A stretch of 60,219 bases of DNA, counting the filler, from Dugesia japonica (taxonomy: Eukaryota), in the NCBI GenBank assembly GCA_001938525.1. It is 6 parts of 6 records of this genome, joined end to end, with 100 filler letters (N's around TTAATTAATTAA, not from the genome) between each part and the next. Parts side by side here need not be neighbours in the genome. Positions count along the whole stretch, not along the records: positions 29,464 to 38,296 come from MQRL01592008.1; positions 38,397 to 48,263 come from MQRL01597767.1; positions 48,364 to 60,219 come from MQRL01615260.1; 3 more parts are not named here. One strand, given 5' to 3'. The notes under the pieces are model-generated. The model did no database searches. It was given only the letters and a program-made list of their open reading frames with translations, and was not told the origin of the DNA. Below, in pieces: positions 36,876 through 51,075 of this stretch (positions are counted from its first letter, which is position 1; each line of letters opens with the position of its first letter). The position numbers were made by a program, and so were the translations under genes.

Positions 36876-37210
36876 TTAAGAAATAACAGGCGTGGGGATT
36901 ATTATAGGTTGGGGAATCAGTCTTTTCGGTGGTCGATTAGCAGAAAAATATCCTTCTGATGGAGTCCATCCATAATCCAAGGCTGATTGAGTAGGACTTC
37001 TTTGAGATGGAGAATATGATTCTCGTAAAAACACATTCCTTGGTAAGCTGTGTGTATGCCAAGTATTTGAAGTATATTTCGTAATTGACTTTTTCTTGCA
37101 AAAGTAAATGCAAACACCAGTAATAACAATTAAACAGCTGACAGTAAAAGAAACCACTCCAACTAAAATGACATAAATCAATTGAAATCCTTTTCCTTCA
37201 GTGCTCCCTA
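36876..37210 (-). CDS. Terminal exon of a host single-pass (type I) membrane protein
   Basis: TM helix LIYVILVGVVSFTVSCLIVITGVCIYFC followed by KKK stop-transfer and a Ser/Pro-rich tail. Candidate AG acceptors lie near 37208-37215, next to a gap. Confidence 0.65.
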
Positions 37211-38459
37211 AATCTTAAAGNNNNNNNNNNNNNNNNNNNNNNNNNNNNNNNNNNNNNNNNNNNNNNNNNNNNNNNNNNNNNNNNNNNNNNNNNNNNNNNN
37301 NNNNNNNNNNNNNNNNNNNNNNNNNNNNNNNNNNNNNNNNNNNNNNNNNNNNNNNNNNNNNNNNNNNNNNNNNNNNNNNNNNNNNNNNNNNNNNNNNNNN
37401 NNNNNNNNNNNNNNNTACTTTTTATTTATTTCTTTTCATTAACTTATCAAAACTTGTAACAAATGAAAATGTTTTATTTAGCATAGAACTCTCATAATAT
37501 TACTAATAAATTGAAAACGAAAATTTTCAATTTAAAAAATTTTATCTGACAGATATTTGATAAGAATATTTATCAGTAAAATCTGATAGTCGCTTTTTTA
37601 ACGTGAAATTTAAACTAGACATAATAACAATTTATTGAAGAGAATTGTTGCTGATCAGTTACTAATTTTGATTCTCTTTTAAACAAAATTCGTATATTAA
37701 TTGAATATGAAAAATTTGAATACCGAAAAAATGATATTAAAAATTATTTAACATTAAATACAAAAGAGACCATTTTTAATAATTCATTTTCTAACTAACA
37801 ATAATACAGTTAAATATTATTNCAGATTTATTTGTTTGTTAGTTTATTTATTTTTTCTAATTATTTATTAGTTTATTTCAAAAAATCATTGTTTCTTCTT
37901 CTCATCACCGATGTTTGTCAACAAAATTACAAAGAAAATGAACAAATGAAGAAAATAATGGCCAAGAAATTGCAATAAGATTTATGGTCTCATTTGTATT
38001 GAGATCAGATTAGTTATTTAACCATACAAGGTTCTCCAATGAATTGAATATTAATAGAATCTTTAGAAACGCAATTCTGTAGGTAATATAATATTTAAGA
38101 GAAGACTATAGAAAAACAATGAATAGTTTACCAATAGATTCGTGGCAAGGCTAAAAATTCCCTAAACTCTATCAGAACAATTGAAGATATTTAAATAAAA
38201 CTTTGCACGTAAAATAATAATCATATTCATAGGTATGGAATGTACGATTTGTTTTAATATGGTAATTTTTGTTTGCACTAAATTAGAATATTTAAANNNN
38301 NNNNNNNNNNNNNNNNNNNNNNNNNNNNNNNNNNNNNNNNTTAATTAATTAANNNNNNNNNNNNNNNNNNNNNNNNNNNNNNNNNNNNNNNNNNNNTTTA
38401 CAACTCAAGTGTTAATTTTTATGGAAACAAATAACAAAATAAAAGATTCTGAGGAAACT

Positions 38460-40811
38460 ACTTACAGTTCGAAATTGTCTTTCAATTATTCCATTACTAC
38501 TATGATGATATGGACTAGAGTATTTGATTTCACAATTAAATTCCTTAGCTAATTGTTGGAATAGATTTGATTCAAATGATTTTCCGCGATCTGTATGTAT
38601 TATTCTCGGTTCACCATATTTCAAAATCCAATTATTTTTTAATATCTTAACAATGGTATTTTCATCTTGATGTGAAACTGCATTGAGAGATATAAATCTA
38701 CTGAATTTATCAATTATAGCTAAAATGTTTTCCATTTTGTTTTCTTAAAAGGTTCACAAAAATCAATATGAATGATTTCAAAGATGTCATCAACAGGAAT
38801 ACTAATAATTTTTTCTTTTGTTGGAGTTGTCTGTGTTTTTCTTAATTGACAATTTTACAACTTTGAGTGACCGGTTTTACAATTTCTTCTAGACCTTCCA
38901 TATCATAATTTTCTCTTATATGAGCGGCTATTTTTTGAAATCCTATATGACATAACGATTCGTATTCATTTCTTACAAATAATTTTCTACATTCTAAAGG
39001 AATCCATATTTTATCATTATTTTTCATTATTATAGCATTTGAAAACTTAAATTTTTAGTTCATTTCACCATTTTTTTAAGTTACCTTTTATAATATTAAT
39101 TTCTTCAGAGTTTTCTTGCCATTTATTACTATTTTTTAAGCTCAATTGCTAAGACTTTTTCATTTTCCCTTTTTTGCATTCTCATGATTCATTTGATATT
39201 GAATACATATTTCGCAATTATTCTTCAACATTGTGTCAGCATTTAAATGATAATCTCCTTTTCTGTATTCCATAATCATATCTAAACTACTTAATTGATC
39301 CATGTCTGGAATTGTGTAGTAATCGGTTTTTTGTATTAATCCTAAAAGTTATGGCTTTGTGATCAGTTCGAAGTTTAAATCTTTTTTCCGTATAAATAGT
39401 ATTTAGAATGTTCCGTAAAATAATATATTACTAGAAGCTCTTTTCTGGTTATACAATAACCTAATTCATGCTTACTTATTGCTTTTGATCCATAAGCTAT
39501 AAGCAGTTTTATTGCCTTGTTCATCTAAGTGTGATAATACTCCACCAATTGTGTCAAAGCTAGCATCTGTATCTAGTATAAATTCTTTGGATAAATCTGG
39601 ATAAATAAGTATAAAAGCCTTTATTAATTCTCGTTTAAAATTTTAAAATTTTAATATTCTAAAGTTTTGTTAAATCAATCAACAAATATTTACATTCATT
39701 CAAGCTAACTAAATCATTCAATTTTTTATAAATTTTATTATTTACATAAAACAAACATTCACAAGCATTCATATCATATACATTAGTGGTCATAACATTA
39801 TTATCTAACCTAGATTTATAGCTCCATCTGAATCCTCCCTCATCAGAGCTTTGGCATTTCTCGAATTATCTCCTTGATCTACTCCATCACTTGGAAAGGC
39901 ATCATCATAATCATCATCATCATAGGCATTCATTTGAGATCTTCGTTGCTTGTTGTACATTTGTCTTCTTTCTGCTCTCAAAGGATTAATTTCATGGCAT
40001 TGAAATCGGAGATTTCATTGTTCTGGATTCTTACAGTGCGAACATATAACATTAGGGCATTGTGAGCGTATGTGACCTTTTACTCTGCATGCCCAACATT
40101 TTTTTACTCTGAATGTCTGAACATTGGGTTCATAATTTCCTCTCATAAATTTTCCGTTATTTCTTCGTTATATCTTGGAATCATTTTCTGCTCATAAATT
40201 TTACTTTGATTTAAATTTCCATTGAATCTTGGTTTATTAAATCTATTATTTGAATTTGGAATTTCACGCGCTACTGTTGCATAAGTAACTTTTTTCTTCG
40301 ACGCTGATATTCCATATTCTGGTTCCATTTCCTTTTTATATCCATCAATTTTAATTATAACTTTTTATAATTATCATTTTTTCAACATCTTCTAAATCTC
40401 GCATTTTAATTTTCTTTTTAACTTCTTTATAGTTCATTGAATTTTGTAAAAGGAATTTGACGAGTTTTTCCTTCGTTAACTGATGACGCAGAATATTATC
40501 TGCTAATTTGTCAACTTTTGAAAAAAAATGAAATTGAAGATTCATTTAGTCTACGATATTTCAAGGCATTAATTAGATCCTTACCAAGGTCTGNAGGCTC
40601 TGAAAATGCTTCTTTACATCTTGTTTCGAAATATTCAATCTTTGAATCGACTGCTTCATATTAGCTTTTATAATTATTTTCTTTAACTGATTCGAAGTCC
40701 TGGAAATTTCAAAAAATCTATTTGCTTCTTAAATAAATTCCTCAATATTTCCTCCTATCTCGAAAATCTTAGGTGTTGGAAACCACGAGTTCAGGATTGG
40801 CGTGGTCGCCA
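38460..40811 (-). mobile_element. Degenerate Ty3/Gypsy element: PBS, gag, RNase H, integrase; protease/RT region missing
   Basis: PBS TGGCGACCACGCC (40811-40799), CWACRVKGHIRSQC knuckle, FILDTDASFDTIGGVL, RTDHKAI, HIGFQK, IHIDF, IHTDRGKSF, SPYHHSSNGIIERQFRT. Confidence 0.9.
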
Positions 40812-42861
40812 TGTTAGACTTGGAAAACGAATTAAGCATAAATATATATTCTAAACACAAAATGACACTGTAACAAATATATATAGCTTTTGAGGAATCA
40901 GTTATNNNNNNNNNNNNNNNNNNNNNNNNNNNNNNNNNNNNNNNNNNNNCAATCACGCATTCACCTATTATCACATACATATGTCGATTTACAGGTCAAT
41001 ATGAAATATTATATTATTAGTCATATCTCACGATTAACTATATTTATAATTTCGAATTTTAAGTCTTCCCTATTTGAAATATCGAGCAATTTTATTAATT
41101 TTATCGTTCTATATATGAGAGAAGGGATTAATAGAAAGATAATCTGGCTCCGATTCGTAAAATTCGTAAAATTTGGTATTAGATTCTTCTGATAAGGAAT
41201 CGAAATGTTTGACGAAATGATGAGTAATAGTATTTTTATGGCAATAATTTTCTTTTACCATTATTAAATTTTGGAAATGTGACATGAGTATTAGTATAAA
41301 TACGGTTTACCCAAAGTACATACCACCGCAACTGATACTTCAGATGTCGAACTACGGGTAAAAATGTAAAACTACGATATTGAGTGATAATGCAATGTTT
41401 TAACTCCCAAACACCATTATTTAACATTAATATGCGGGGAATTAAGTTAATTATCCACATTTAAAGCAAAATCTCACATTTCACAATTAATGATAAAATA
41501 AATAGTGATAAATAATAAATAAATAGTGATAAATAATAATTATAAAAAATGTCGCGTTACTACCACGTGTTATATTACTTTTATATGCAGGGGCTGACAT
41601 TATAATTTGACATCGAATCCCGTAGTTCAACATATAAATATAAATATAAATATAAATTCTAAAACATTTAATAANNNNNNNNNNNNNNNNNNNNNNNNNN
41701 NNNNNNNNNNNNNNNNNNNNNNNNTTTCGAATTTTAAGTCTTCCCTATTTGAAATATCGAGCAATTTTATTAATTTTATCGTTCTATATATGAGAGAAAG
41801 GATTAATAGAAAGATAATCTGGCTCCGATTCGTAAAATTCGTAAAATTTGGTATTAGATTCTTCCGATAAGGAATCGAAATGTTTGAAGAAATGATGAGT
41901 AATAGTATTTTTATGGCAATAATTTTCTTTTACCATTATTAAATTTTGGAAATGTGACATGTTATTTCGAAATCGTTAATTTAGTTTTAAATGCACTTAA
42001 NTTACTTATCTTAGAAGAGATATAAAAATGTCTGCCATGCAATTTCAAATTTAATTAGTTTATTCTTTAATTGCAAAGAATCTCGATGCTGAATAATTGA
42101 AATTCTTTATTCTTTGAAAATAAATTTAAAAGCCGCTCAAATACCTTTCTTCTGCTGAGTCAGTTTATTTCTATATTTGAGAGCAGTATTAGTAAAAATA
42201 TTAACTATTACTAAAAGAGCATTTTTCAGAAATGACGTAGTTATGCGGCCATCGTAAAAGTAATTTAAACAATCTGTGTTGCATTAACTCACATGCATTG
42301 AATTTATCAGTCTTATCGCGGTTTGCATAATTTCCTAGAAAGGATTTATTATCTTTGAGCATTAAACTTCTTTATGAATAATGCAATGGTAAAAAGCCAA
42401 TTTCGAAAATTGAAGATCTTTCTTACATATTATTTTCATTACTTTTTCATTAAATAAATTTATACTAATATTATTATAAATTAAATTAAATATTATAATA
42501 CTATACAGTGGATTTGATAATGGTGAGTTTGAATTCCATATCATTTGGCGGATCCGTGTCTACTCAATTTTTAACAACGATGACTGATAGTTTTTAAACA
42601 GTTATAGCGGTGTACATTCATGACCGGATGTGAATGGTTGGAATCACTGCTACCGGATATGTGCATACCTTAATCGAGCTTAGCATAGTTAAAACTATGC
42701 AAGCTGATCGATAAATTCATAATTGAACGGACTCGATTGGAAGCTAACGGTCTCTTGAGCGTTAACAATTTGAGACAGTTGGAATAATGACTCGACTGTA
42801 CTAACCGGTCTAGGTAATGTAATGGTATGGAATGCAAACAAACTATTATTGAAAACAAAAT

Positions 42862-43560
42862 TAACCATTCTCAAGGTTAATTTCAACCCAAATCGNNNNN
42901 NNNTTCAACCCAAATCGACCATTTTTGAGGAAATATGCGACCAAATTCACCAAAAACTGATGAATGTGAGTAAATAGTTGACTACGGTTGTCCAAAAATT
43001 ACACAAACTGATCACTCCTGAGTAGATAATCAACAAACTTTGCCTAAACCGAATAAATAATTAACCAAAACGCCCAAAAAGTACCCAAACTGGCTAATCC
43101 CGAGTAAATAATTTACCGAATCACCCAAAAATGAACCAAATTAACCACTCCGAGAAAGTTTTCACCCAAATCGTTCAAAATTGACTCAAATTAACCATTC
43201 CCGAAGAAATAATTTTTCAAAACGCCGAAAAATTACCCAAACTATCATTCCCGAGAAAATATTCGAACAAATCACCCAAAAATTAACCAAACCGAGAATT
43301 CCCGAGAAAATATTGGACCAAATTCACCTAAACCAACCAAAAATTGACCTTATTCGACATCACTGAGGAAAGTTTCACTCAAATCGTTCAAAACTGACTC
43401 AAATTAACCATTCCCGAGAAAATATTCGACCGAATCAACCAAAATTACCCAAAACTAAATAATCCCGAGGAAATAATTAACTAAATTCATCCAAAAATTA
43501 CTCTTGTAAGTAAATAATTAACCAAATTTGTCCATACTGCGTAAATAATTGACCAACATT
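42862..43560. repeat. Degenerate ~40-bp minisatellite
   Basis: Recurring AATTAACCATTCCCGAGAAAATATTCGACCAAATCACCCAAA-like units. Confidence 0.8.
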
Positions 43561-44180
43561 CGATCTCACCGAATAAATTCCCGACTAAAAGCCAAAAAAA
43601 TATTGCCACATAAAAAGTCAAAAAAATTTTCCCAACTAAAACCACTGGAAAAAATAGCCTCTCTTAATCCTTTTACATAAAATTTCACTGATGAAATTAA
43701 TCTCATAACATAATTTGTGTGCAAAAAATTTTCCCAACTAAATACGCAGGGAAAAAACAACCTCTCTGACATATTTCCTAATGATGCAATTTATGATGTA
43801 ATTTTTAATTTCCCAACTAAATGCATTAGGATTAAGTTTCATTACGTCACGTGAGGGCTACTGAATTTGTGCAGAGGTTGAAAGCCAGTGTCGACATACT
43901 AATATAAATAAATATAACTCAATGATGGAATAAATAATCCAAATATACTCCAAAAATGAAACACCTCCCTACACTTCTTGTACCGTCCTTTAAAAAAATT
44001 AATTTTTTTCAATTTACCTCTATATGGACCTAAAGTTTTCTGTACTGGAGTGGCCCACTTAAGAGGTTTCACTGTATAGAAATTCTATAAAAGAAGTTAT
44101 AAAAGAAATTCACATAAATTTCACTCAATTAAATAAACTGTGATTAATATTTTCTATGAATTCATATATTACGCTAAATT

Positions 44181-44250
44181 TACACCTAATTCTGTTTTTA
44201 CGTGAGTTGCCGCGGAACGTATCTTTCGCTTAAAAACAGAATTAGGTGTA
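44181..44250. mobile_element. 70-bp Tc1/mariner-pogo-type MITE
   Basis: Perfect 20-bp inverted ends TACACCTAATTCTGTTTTTA / TAAAAACAGAATTAGGTGTA including TA. Confidence 0.75.
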
Positions 44251-44439
44251 TTGATTTGTTTTAATAAATATTAATAAATTGCTCGGAATATTTTGTTGTA
44301 AAATTTTGCATTAACTAATAAAAATATTTAAGTTTTTACTTAATAAATTTGATTATTATTTGATTAATAAATAATAATGAGCTGTTTACAAAAGTTGAGA
44401 TCCCTTATAATTTTATGGTAAATAAAATAATTTCCACAC

Positions 44440-47400
44440 CGATGAATATCAAATCTATCCGGATTTGACCAAATCGAAGGATCAGTATGAATAGCATAAA
44501 GTGGTATAACGAATATATCACCTTTTCTGGCGACTACTTTTGTGTTATCAGACGCTACTAACACCACATCTTGAGTACATGTTCTGTCTAGTCTAGGAAT
44601 TGGAGGACAAATTCTTAGTGTTTCACATACTGCTGCATCAAGAATAGGCATTTCTTTTAATGTTTCATAAGTTATTTCACCCTTAAATAAAAAATACATT
44701 TTTTCAAAAATCGTAAAAATAATTCAAATATTTTTTCAAAAATATACAACTTTCAAAAGCAATGAAATTTTAACTTTAGCCTTTTATTTATTTACAAGCA
44801 GATTTACACCATTTTGTGACTTTTGTATGAGACCATCAAGGTTGGTTTTTACTTAATAAGAGCTATAATGAAATAATAATTATTCATTTATTTAGATCAG
44901 TGATTCTTAACCTTTTCGAAGTCACGGTGCACTTTTTATCATAGGAAAAATGGTGGTGCCCTAAAATCAAACAGGTAAAAAACAAAGAAAATTCTGCAGA
45001 CAACAACTGCACCCAATGGGTCAGTGTAAGGTCGCTTAGGCCCTGAGTGTTGTGTGTTGTTAAATATAACTGTGTATCTATCATGAATGCAAGTTGGATG
45101 ATTTTATCGGTCTATTTCATTAAATATTTCTTGCAGTTATTTTCGAAATATGGATATTTAAATAGCAGTTAATTTAAATTTTTTAACACGAAACCTCGTG
45201 TTATTTTAAAAACTAAATTCGATATTTTTCCTGAACACATGTGAGATTCTTTCACCAATTTGAAAATTGACCATTAGCAATTATCATTTTAAAATTTATA
45301 TACTTTTATATTTATAAATGTCTAAAATGTTTCCGCCGATTTTGTGAATAGGCGGCGAAAAACGTCTACAGATATTTTTATTTATATTTTATTTGTTGTA
45401 TCACAGCATTCAAATTGCTTAAAGAAGTGAGGCATTTTATTAATAAATAAAAATTTATTTATAATTAGAAATAGACATAAATAAAGAAGAAATTCGATAC
45501 ATCATGAAATTTTATTTCATGAAAGGCAAAAATGCAACGCAAGCTGCGAAAAAAATTGGTGCGGTTCATGGTGCAGATGCTGTATCTGATAGAACTTTCC
45601 GTGAATGGTGCGATCGAATTCGCTTTGGAAATTTCGACGTCAAAGACGCACCTCGTTCTGGCCGGCCAACATGTCAAAAAGTCGATCAAATCATTCAGAA
45701 GGTGGAGGAAGACCGGCATATAGGCAGCCGTGAAATCTCAGAAGACCCCGGTATTCATCACCAAACCGNTTTAAACCATTTAGAGAAAGCTGGTTTTAAA
45801 AAGATACAGGATGTTTGGATTCCGCATGATTTAACACGGAAAATTTAATAGACCGAATTTTAATATGCCAAAAATTGCTGAAAAGAAACTCTATCGATCC
45901 ATTTTTGAAACGTTTTATTACGTGTGATGAAAAGTGGATCAAATATGAGAACAATGTGAGAAAACAATTTTGGACAAAACGTGGCGAAACCCCACAAACC
46001 GTGGAAAAGCTGAAATAGACACCAAAGAAGGTCATGCTTTGCATCTGGTGGGATTACAAAGGAATTATCTACCAAGAAATATGACAATTTTCGAATAAAA
46101 GATATTGTCATTAAAGACCATTAAATATTATAAAGGAAATTTGCACAGATTGCAAAGAAGTCTCAATGTATTCTTTCCACGGAATCAAAAACTTTTAAAG
46201 AAATTTAAAACTAGAAGATCAATGATATTTTAACTAAATCTCAAAATTGGTGGTCAAGTCAAAATTGAACTATTTTTTTATTGAAAATATGCTTTTGGCT
46301 TCACTTTTCGAAACTAAAATTTAAAATTAATTTTAAAATTAAAAATCTCAATGATCAATTTTCAAATAAATAAAAAGTTTATGTTTTAACCTCTTAGTGG
46401 AATAGGTGTTCATATGGATTCACAAATTTGTTCTTCGTGTGCCGAATTTTTATGTTTTTCATAAAATAAAGATACATTTTGACAACAGATATTATTTTGA
46501 GAAGTTATTTGATAAAATAAAATCTAAATGAAGAAACAAATTTATGTCAACTGATATATGTGATAAAATAAATATGAATATATCAAAGTTAGTATTTGAG
46601 TCGGCACTATGCTGTTAAATGAACCTCGTAATATTTTACCATTAAAAATCTTCTATGAAATGTTTTTTTAAATTTCAAAATGTAAAACTGTACATCAATA
46701 TATATTTACATGATTTTTTTATGTTTTTGAATGAATTTTTGGAAATTTTCATAGTTACATGCAAGACTGCAAAACCACCCTATGAATGCATTCCAAACCT
46801 TGAATCTTAGGTAATTATAGACAAAAATAACAATTATTTACATTAGTTCCGATAGAGTCGACAATTTCTTTATAAACTTCTTGTTGAGCACTGGGATTTT
46901 TAGCCAAAAAATACGCCAAATAAGTTAATGTAGTTGCAGTAGTTTCGTATCCAGCTAATAGGAAAACCAATGATTGAGCCATTATCTCTTGACTTGTTAA
47001 AGATTTTGAATCGAGATTATGAACACTTTCAGGATCATTTTCATCGATTTCTTTACGAGCTTTTAACATTAATGCCAAGAAATCATTATATTCCTATACA
47101 TGAGATTTATTAAATTAATTTTATACATTAATAAGTAGAAAGCACTCTCGGTTCATCTGTTAATTTAGCTCGTTCATCAATGGCTTTTTGTAAATTATTA
47201 ATGAAAAATTTCATTGTAGTTTTCCCAAAGATTTCCATCTTAGGTACGAATTTCTTTATGAATTTTGCTAAATCAGGAAATATTACTGAAACAAAAAAAA
47301 ATCATTTTAAAATATATTATAAATAAAAAAAATTGCTTACAAAAAAGAAAAATGAAAGGATTAAAAGCTGATATACTAAAGAGTTTTTTGGCATGAACTA

Positions 47401-47489
47401 TAAACATATTATTAGGATTAGTTTGTGAATCTATTTGCATTCCGAACATAGTTCTAGCAATAACATCCATTGTTAAAGCACCAAAACAC
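44440..47489 (-). CDS. Cytochrome P450, clan 3 (CYP3A-like); four internal exons 47489-47341, 47285-47146, 47093-46842, 44681-44440
   Basis: MDVIARTMFG, I-helix FLLAGYETT, K-helix ETLR, AIHTDPSIWSNPDRF. GT-AG introns of 55, 52 and ~2160 nt keep the frame. Confidence 0.92.
45315..46080 (+). mobile_element. Mariner transposon, 3'-truncated pseudogene inside a P450 intron
   Basis: KEEIRYIMKFYF..GKNATQAA, DVKDAPRSGRP, WIPHDLT, ITCDEKWI, PKKVMLCIWWDYKGII. Ends before the second and third catalytic Asp. Confidence 0.92.
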
Positions 47490-48363
47490 CTTAAAAAATA
47501 GAAATAAATACGAAGGCAAACAAATAAATCTAATTTTTTCAGTATTTCAGTAGAAGAATAATAGAAATATTGAAACCTTTGATTACTTGGACCATTTTCT
47601 GGATAATTTAATGGTGTAGTCCAGATTCTCCAAATTCCAAAAATTTGATACTATTATACACAATGTAGATTGTGGACAAGGTGTGACAATAAATTTCCTT
47701 AACTGTTATTAGAATGCAAGTTGCATACAATATATTTTGTATATTGTCAGCAGGATATAGGCTTCATTGATATTTTTAAAATAGCAGAGGCGGCCAACTT
47801 TTGTGTACATAAGATCTACTTTTTATCGTACAAATGCGTCGCGATCGACTTGAGACCTTTTTTTTAGTTAATCGGAAAATAGTCAATAGACATACTATAT
47901 TTATATCTACATATGTAAACAATAACATAATTATTTCACGGGCCAAACTGTCATATCCGAGGGTTTTCGAAGAACATGCGTAATTATTAACAATATTTAT
48001 TAATATAAATTAGTTTAGTTATTTTTATTTCAGTCCTTTTTTTTCTTAGGTAATTTTTATTCTTCATAGAAATGCATTTACATAAAATTATGAATAAAAA
48101 TATTTTCTAGAAATATTCACACCAAAGTGTAAAAATTAAAATAAAAACAGTTAAAAAATAGTTTAAAATAATCATTTCAGCTTTTGAAAATCAAATATTA
48201 AGGTAAAAACGTAATAATTAAAGCTAACTCCTTAAAATCTATTGGTTTATCAAGTGGATATTCNNNNNNNNNNNNNNNNNNNNNNNNNNNNNNNNNNNNN
48301 NNNNNNNTTAATTAATTAANNNNNNNNNNNNNNNNNNNNNNNNNNNNNNNNNNNNNNNNNNNN

Positions 48364-49650
48364 TATTTTAAAACCTTCTGTCAAAATATGTTATTTCTTT
48401 TGTAAATTTACCTTTTAAAGGTAAATCTATATGTGTTATATTTTGACCAGAAATTAATGTGTTTATATTCACTAAGCCTAAATTTATTTTTTTTAAAATA
48501 TCTATTCCTATTATAATTTCAGGAATTATATCCAATGCCACAAAAAACCTATTTCTAATACTTTTACCTTTATATCTTAAACTTATAAAACAAAGTTCAA
48601 AAATTTACAAAGCGCTTCCATTTGTGCAAGATATTTTCAAAGATTGTTCTATTGATTCTAAAACTTCATTTATTTCTTTAAACACCTTAAAGCTTTTACC
48701 GTTAATTTTTCCCCTGTATGAAAGAAACACTAAAAAATAATTTCATTCAAATATACACAATCAAACGGTCTTTTATCTAACGTATTTCCTACAATTATAT
48801 TTTTTTTATTAACANNNNNNNNNNNNNNNNNNNNNNNNNNNNNNNNNNNNNNNNNNNNNNNNNNNNNNNNNNNNNNNNNNNNNNNNNNNNNAAAATTATC
48901 AAAGGAATTATTTGAATTAACAAAAAAATATAAACAATTTTCAGAACATTCATTTAAACATACATTATAAACAGACAATAGAGACATTCACAGTATCACA
49001 TATTTAATAAATCTTAAATTCAAGACATTACTTACTCCATCTGAATAGATATTCCCTTTGGTCGAAGCTTTGAGTTTGAGAAGAAATATAATCTTGTGCA
49101 GCATCAGGATCATATCGATCAAATCTTCTATCATTAAAATTCTGAGTTCAATAATTATCATAATTTTTTCTATTGGTAATATTCTTTTCTTTATAATTGT
49201 TCCTTGATTGAAAACAATTTCTGCTTAAATGCTCTTTCCCTTGGCACATTGAACAACGCAAATTCGTACAAGTTCTTCTGACATTGAATGTTTATTTGAT
49301 AATTATCAGAATTCATTGATTTTGTATGGGTTGGTCTTCCTTGGAATTGCCTTTCATTATTGGTCTCATATTTTTAGTTTCGGGATTTTGACCGTAATTT
49401 CTTTTCCTACTAGATTTAACGAATAATCTTTCTTCATAATTATCGAAACAATTGAATTTCTCTAATTTTCGTCTAAAATACTTGTCCATAAAAATTTGAA
49501 TTAATATATTTCTTTTTACTGGATTATTTTGTATTAAATCGAAATAATTCCTAATTTTCACGATGAATTATTTTACATATATATTTGTGGAGAACATCTT
49601 CTGCTGCGGAATTAATCGAATAAGTTCACTTGTATTTAACGTGATCGCCA
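48364..49650 (-). mobile_element. Degenerate Ty3/Gypsy element (PBS, gag, protease)
   Basis: PBS TGGCGATCACG (49650-49640), knuckle CSMCQGKEHLSRNC, protease tail IIPEIIIGIDIL. Confidence 0.75.
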
Positions 49651-50728
49651 TATTAGTATACAGAACTAAAAGTAGTTCAAAAAAATTATATTAAAATAAA
49701 AAGTACCAATTACATACCAATTGCATTCCTAAATATGGGGCATATAGAGTATTCGATGATTTGATAAATATATTATATCATTTATTCACAATGTTTATAC
49801 GGTCACATCAATCACAACATACATACAGGTCAAATCAATATTTAATTTTCAGAAATATATTCTATTCACAATAATAATAATAATAATAATAATAATCCTG
49901 ACAATTTTATTGTACAATTTTATAATAATAATAAAAATATTTTAATATTTTTGAATATAATAATTAAAAATGAATAATTGTTTTCAGACAGAAATAATAA
50001 AAAAAAGAACCCGACTAAATTCCAAAAAAGCAAGAATAAAATTGTTCATGATTTGACATAAAAATTTAATTTAAACAAAAATTTATTTAAAAAATACAAC
50101 ATTTTGATCGAATCGTTAAATTTAATGAAATCTCAAATACGATCAATGGTTAAATCCAACAATTATTCTCTCAAAAATTTAATAATTTCTGTTAATTCAA
50201 ACAAAACAAACAATAATGGTCTTTAATTTAAATGAAAAATTCAGGTTTTTTTAACTGTTATTAGCGCGCCAAATTTTTCGTGTTACATTTAAATACCGTT
50301 TGAAACTTCTCATATATTTTTGGTTAAATAAATAATAGTTACGTAAGAAAATCAACTTCCCATTATTGAAAGTATGGATGCCCAGAAAAAAGCGTTGCTG
50401 AAATTTCAGACCATGCTCAATTTTCAAAAGCATGTATCTAAAAAGAATAACAGGATTTACACATAAATAATTTCTTGACAATTAAAAGGTTTACCGGAAA
50501 GCCAAAACTGTCTTTAGTAATTTAAAATTTTATATTTGAAAAACAATCACTTAAAACCATATGCATGTGTCACTAAAATGAATATTGTTTGACAAAAAAT
50601 TGTTTATCTTCCAAATATTTAAAGAAACACTAAATAATTAAGCAATGAAATACTTTTAAATAACAAAAAATTTAATTTCATTTGAAAATAATAAATAACA
50701 AGAATAAAGAAATGCATATATATATATA

Positions 50729-50998
50729 CAGGGTGTTAGTTAAACATGTGGCAAAAATTTAAGGAATTATTCCTTGCCTTATTTTATGAATAATTATAAA
50801 GTAACACTTTTTCTAGGTCGTCCCGTTTCAAAGATACACACATTTAAAGATTTTAAAAAAACAAACAATTTCAATACGTATAATACAGAATTGCATCCAA
50901 AAAAAATTCATTTGAAAAGATATAATGATATATTTACATGTATAAACATTCAAGGAATAATCCCTTAAATTTTTGCCCCATGTTTAACTAACACCCTA
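50729..50998. mobile_element. Tc1/mariner-type MITE in a TA run
   Basis: ~48-bp TIRs CAGGGTGTTAGTTAAACATGTGGCAAAAATTTAAGGAATTATTCCTTG and its complement, with TA flanks. Confidence 0.88.
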
Positions 50999-51040
50999 TA
51001 TATATATTCATTTAAAACAAAATATTTAAAGTAAAATATA

Positions 51041-51075
<35 letters not shown>

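Noticed and set aside
42862-43560. CRISPR-like array (also the 15-bp repeats at 53800-53910)
   Set aside because: Eukaryotic context, degenerate tandem units with no unique spacers and no cas genes.
8988-48319. Regularly recurring TTAATTAATTAA as a biological repeat
   Set aside because: Always embedded in N runs; it is an assembly linker. Gene neighbourhoods across it mean nothing, including linking the pPolB to scaffold 1.
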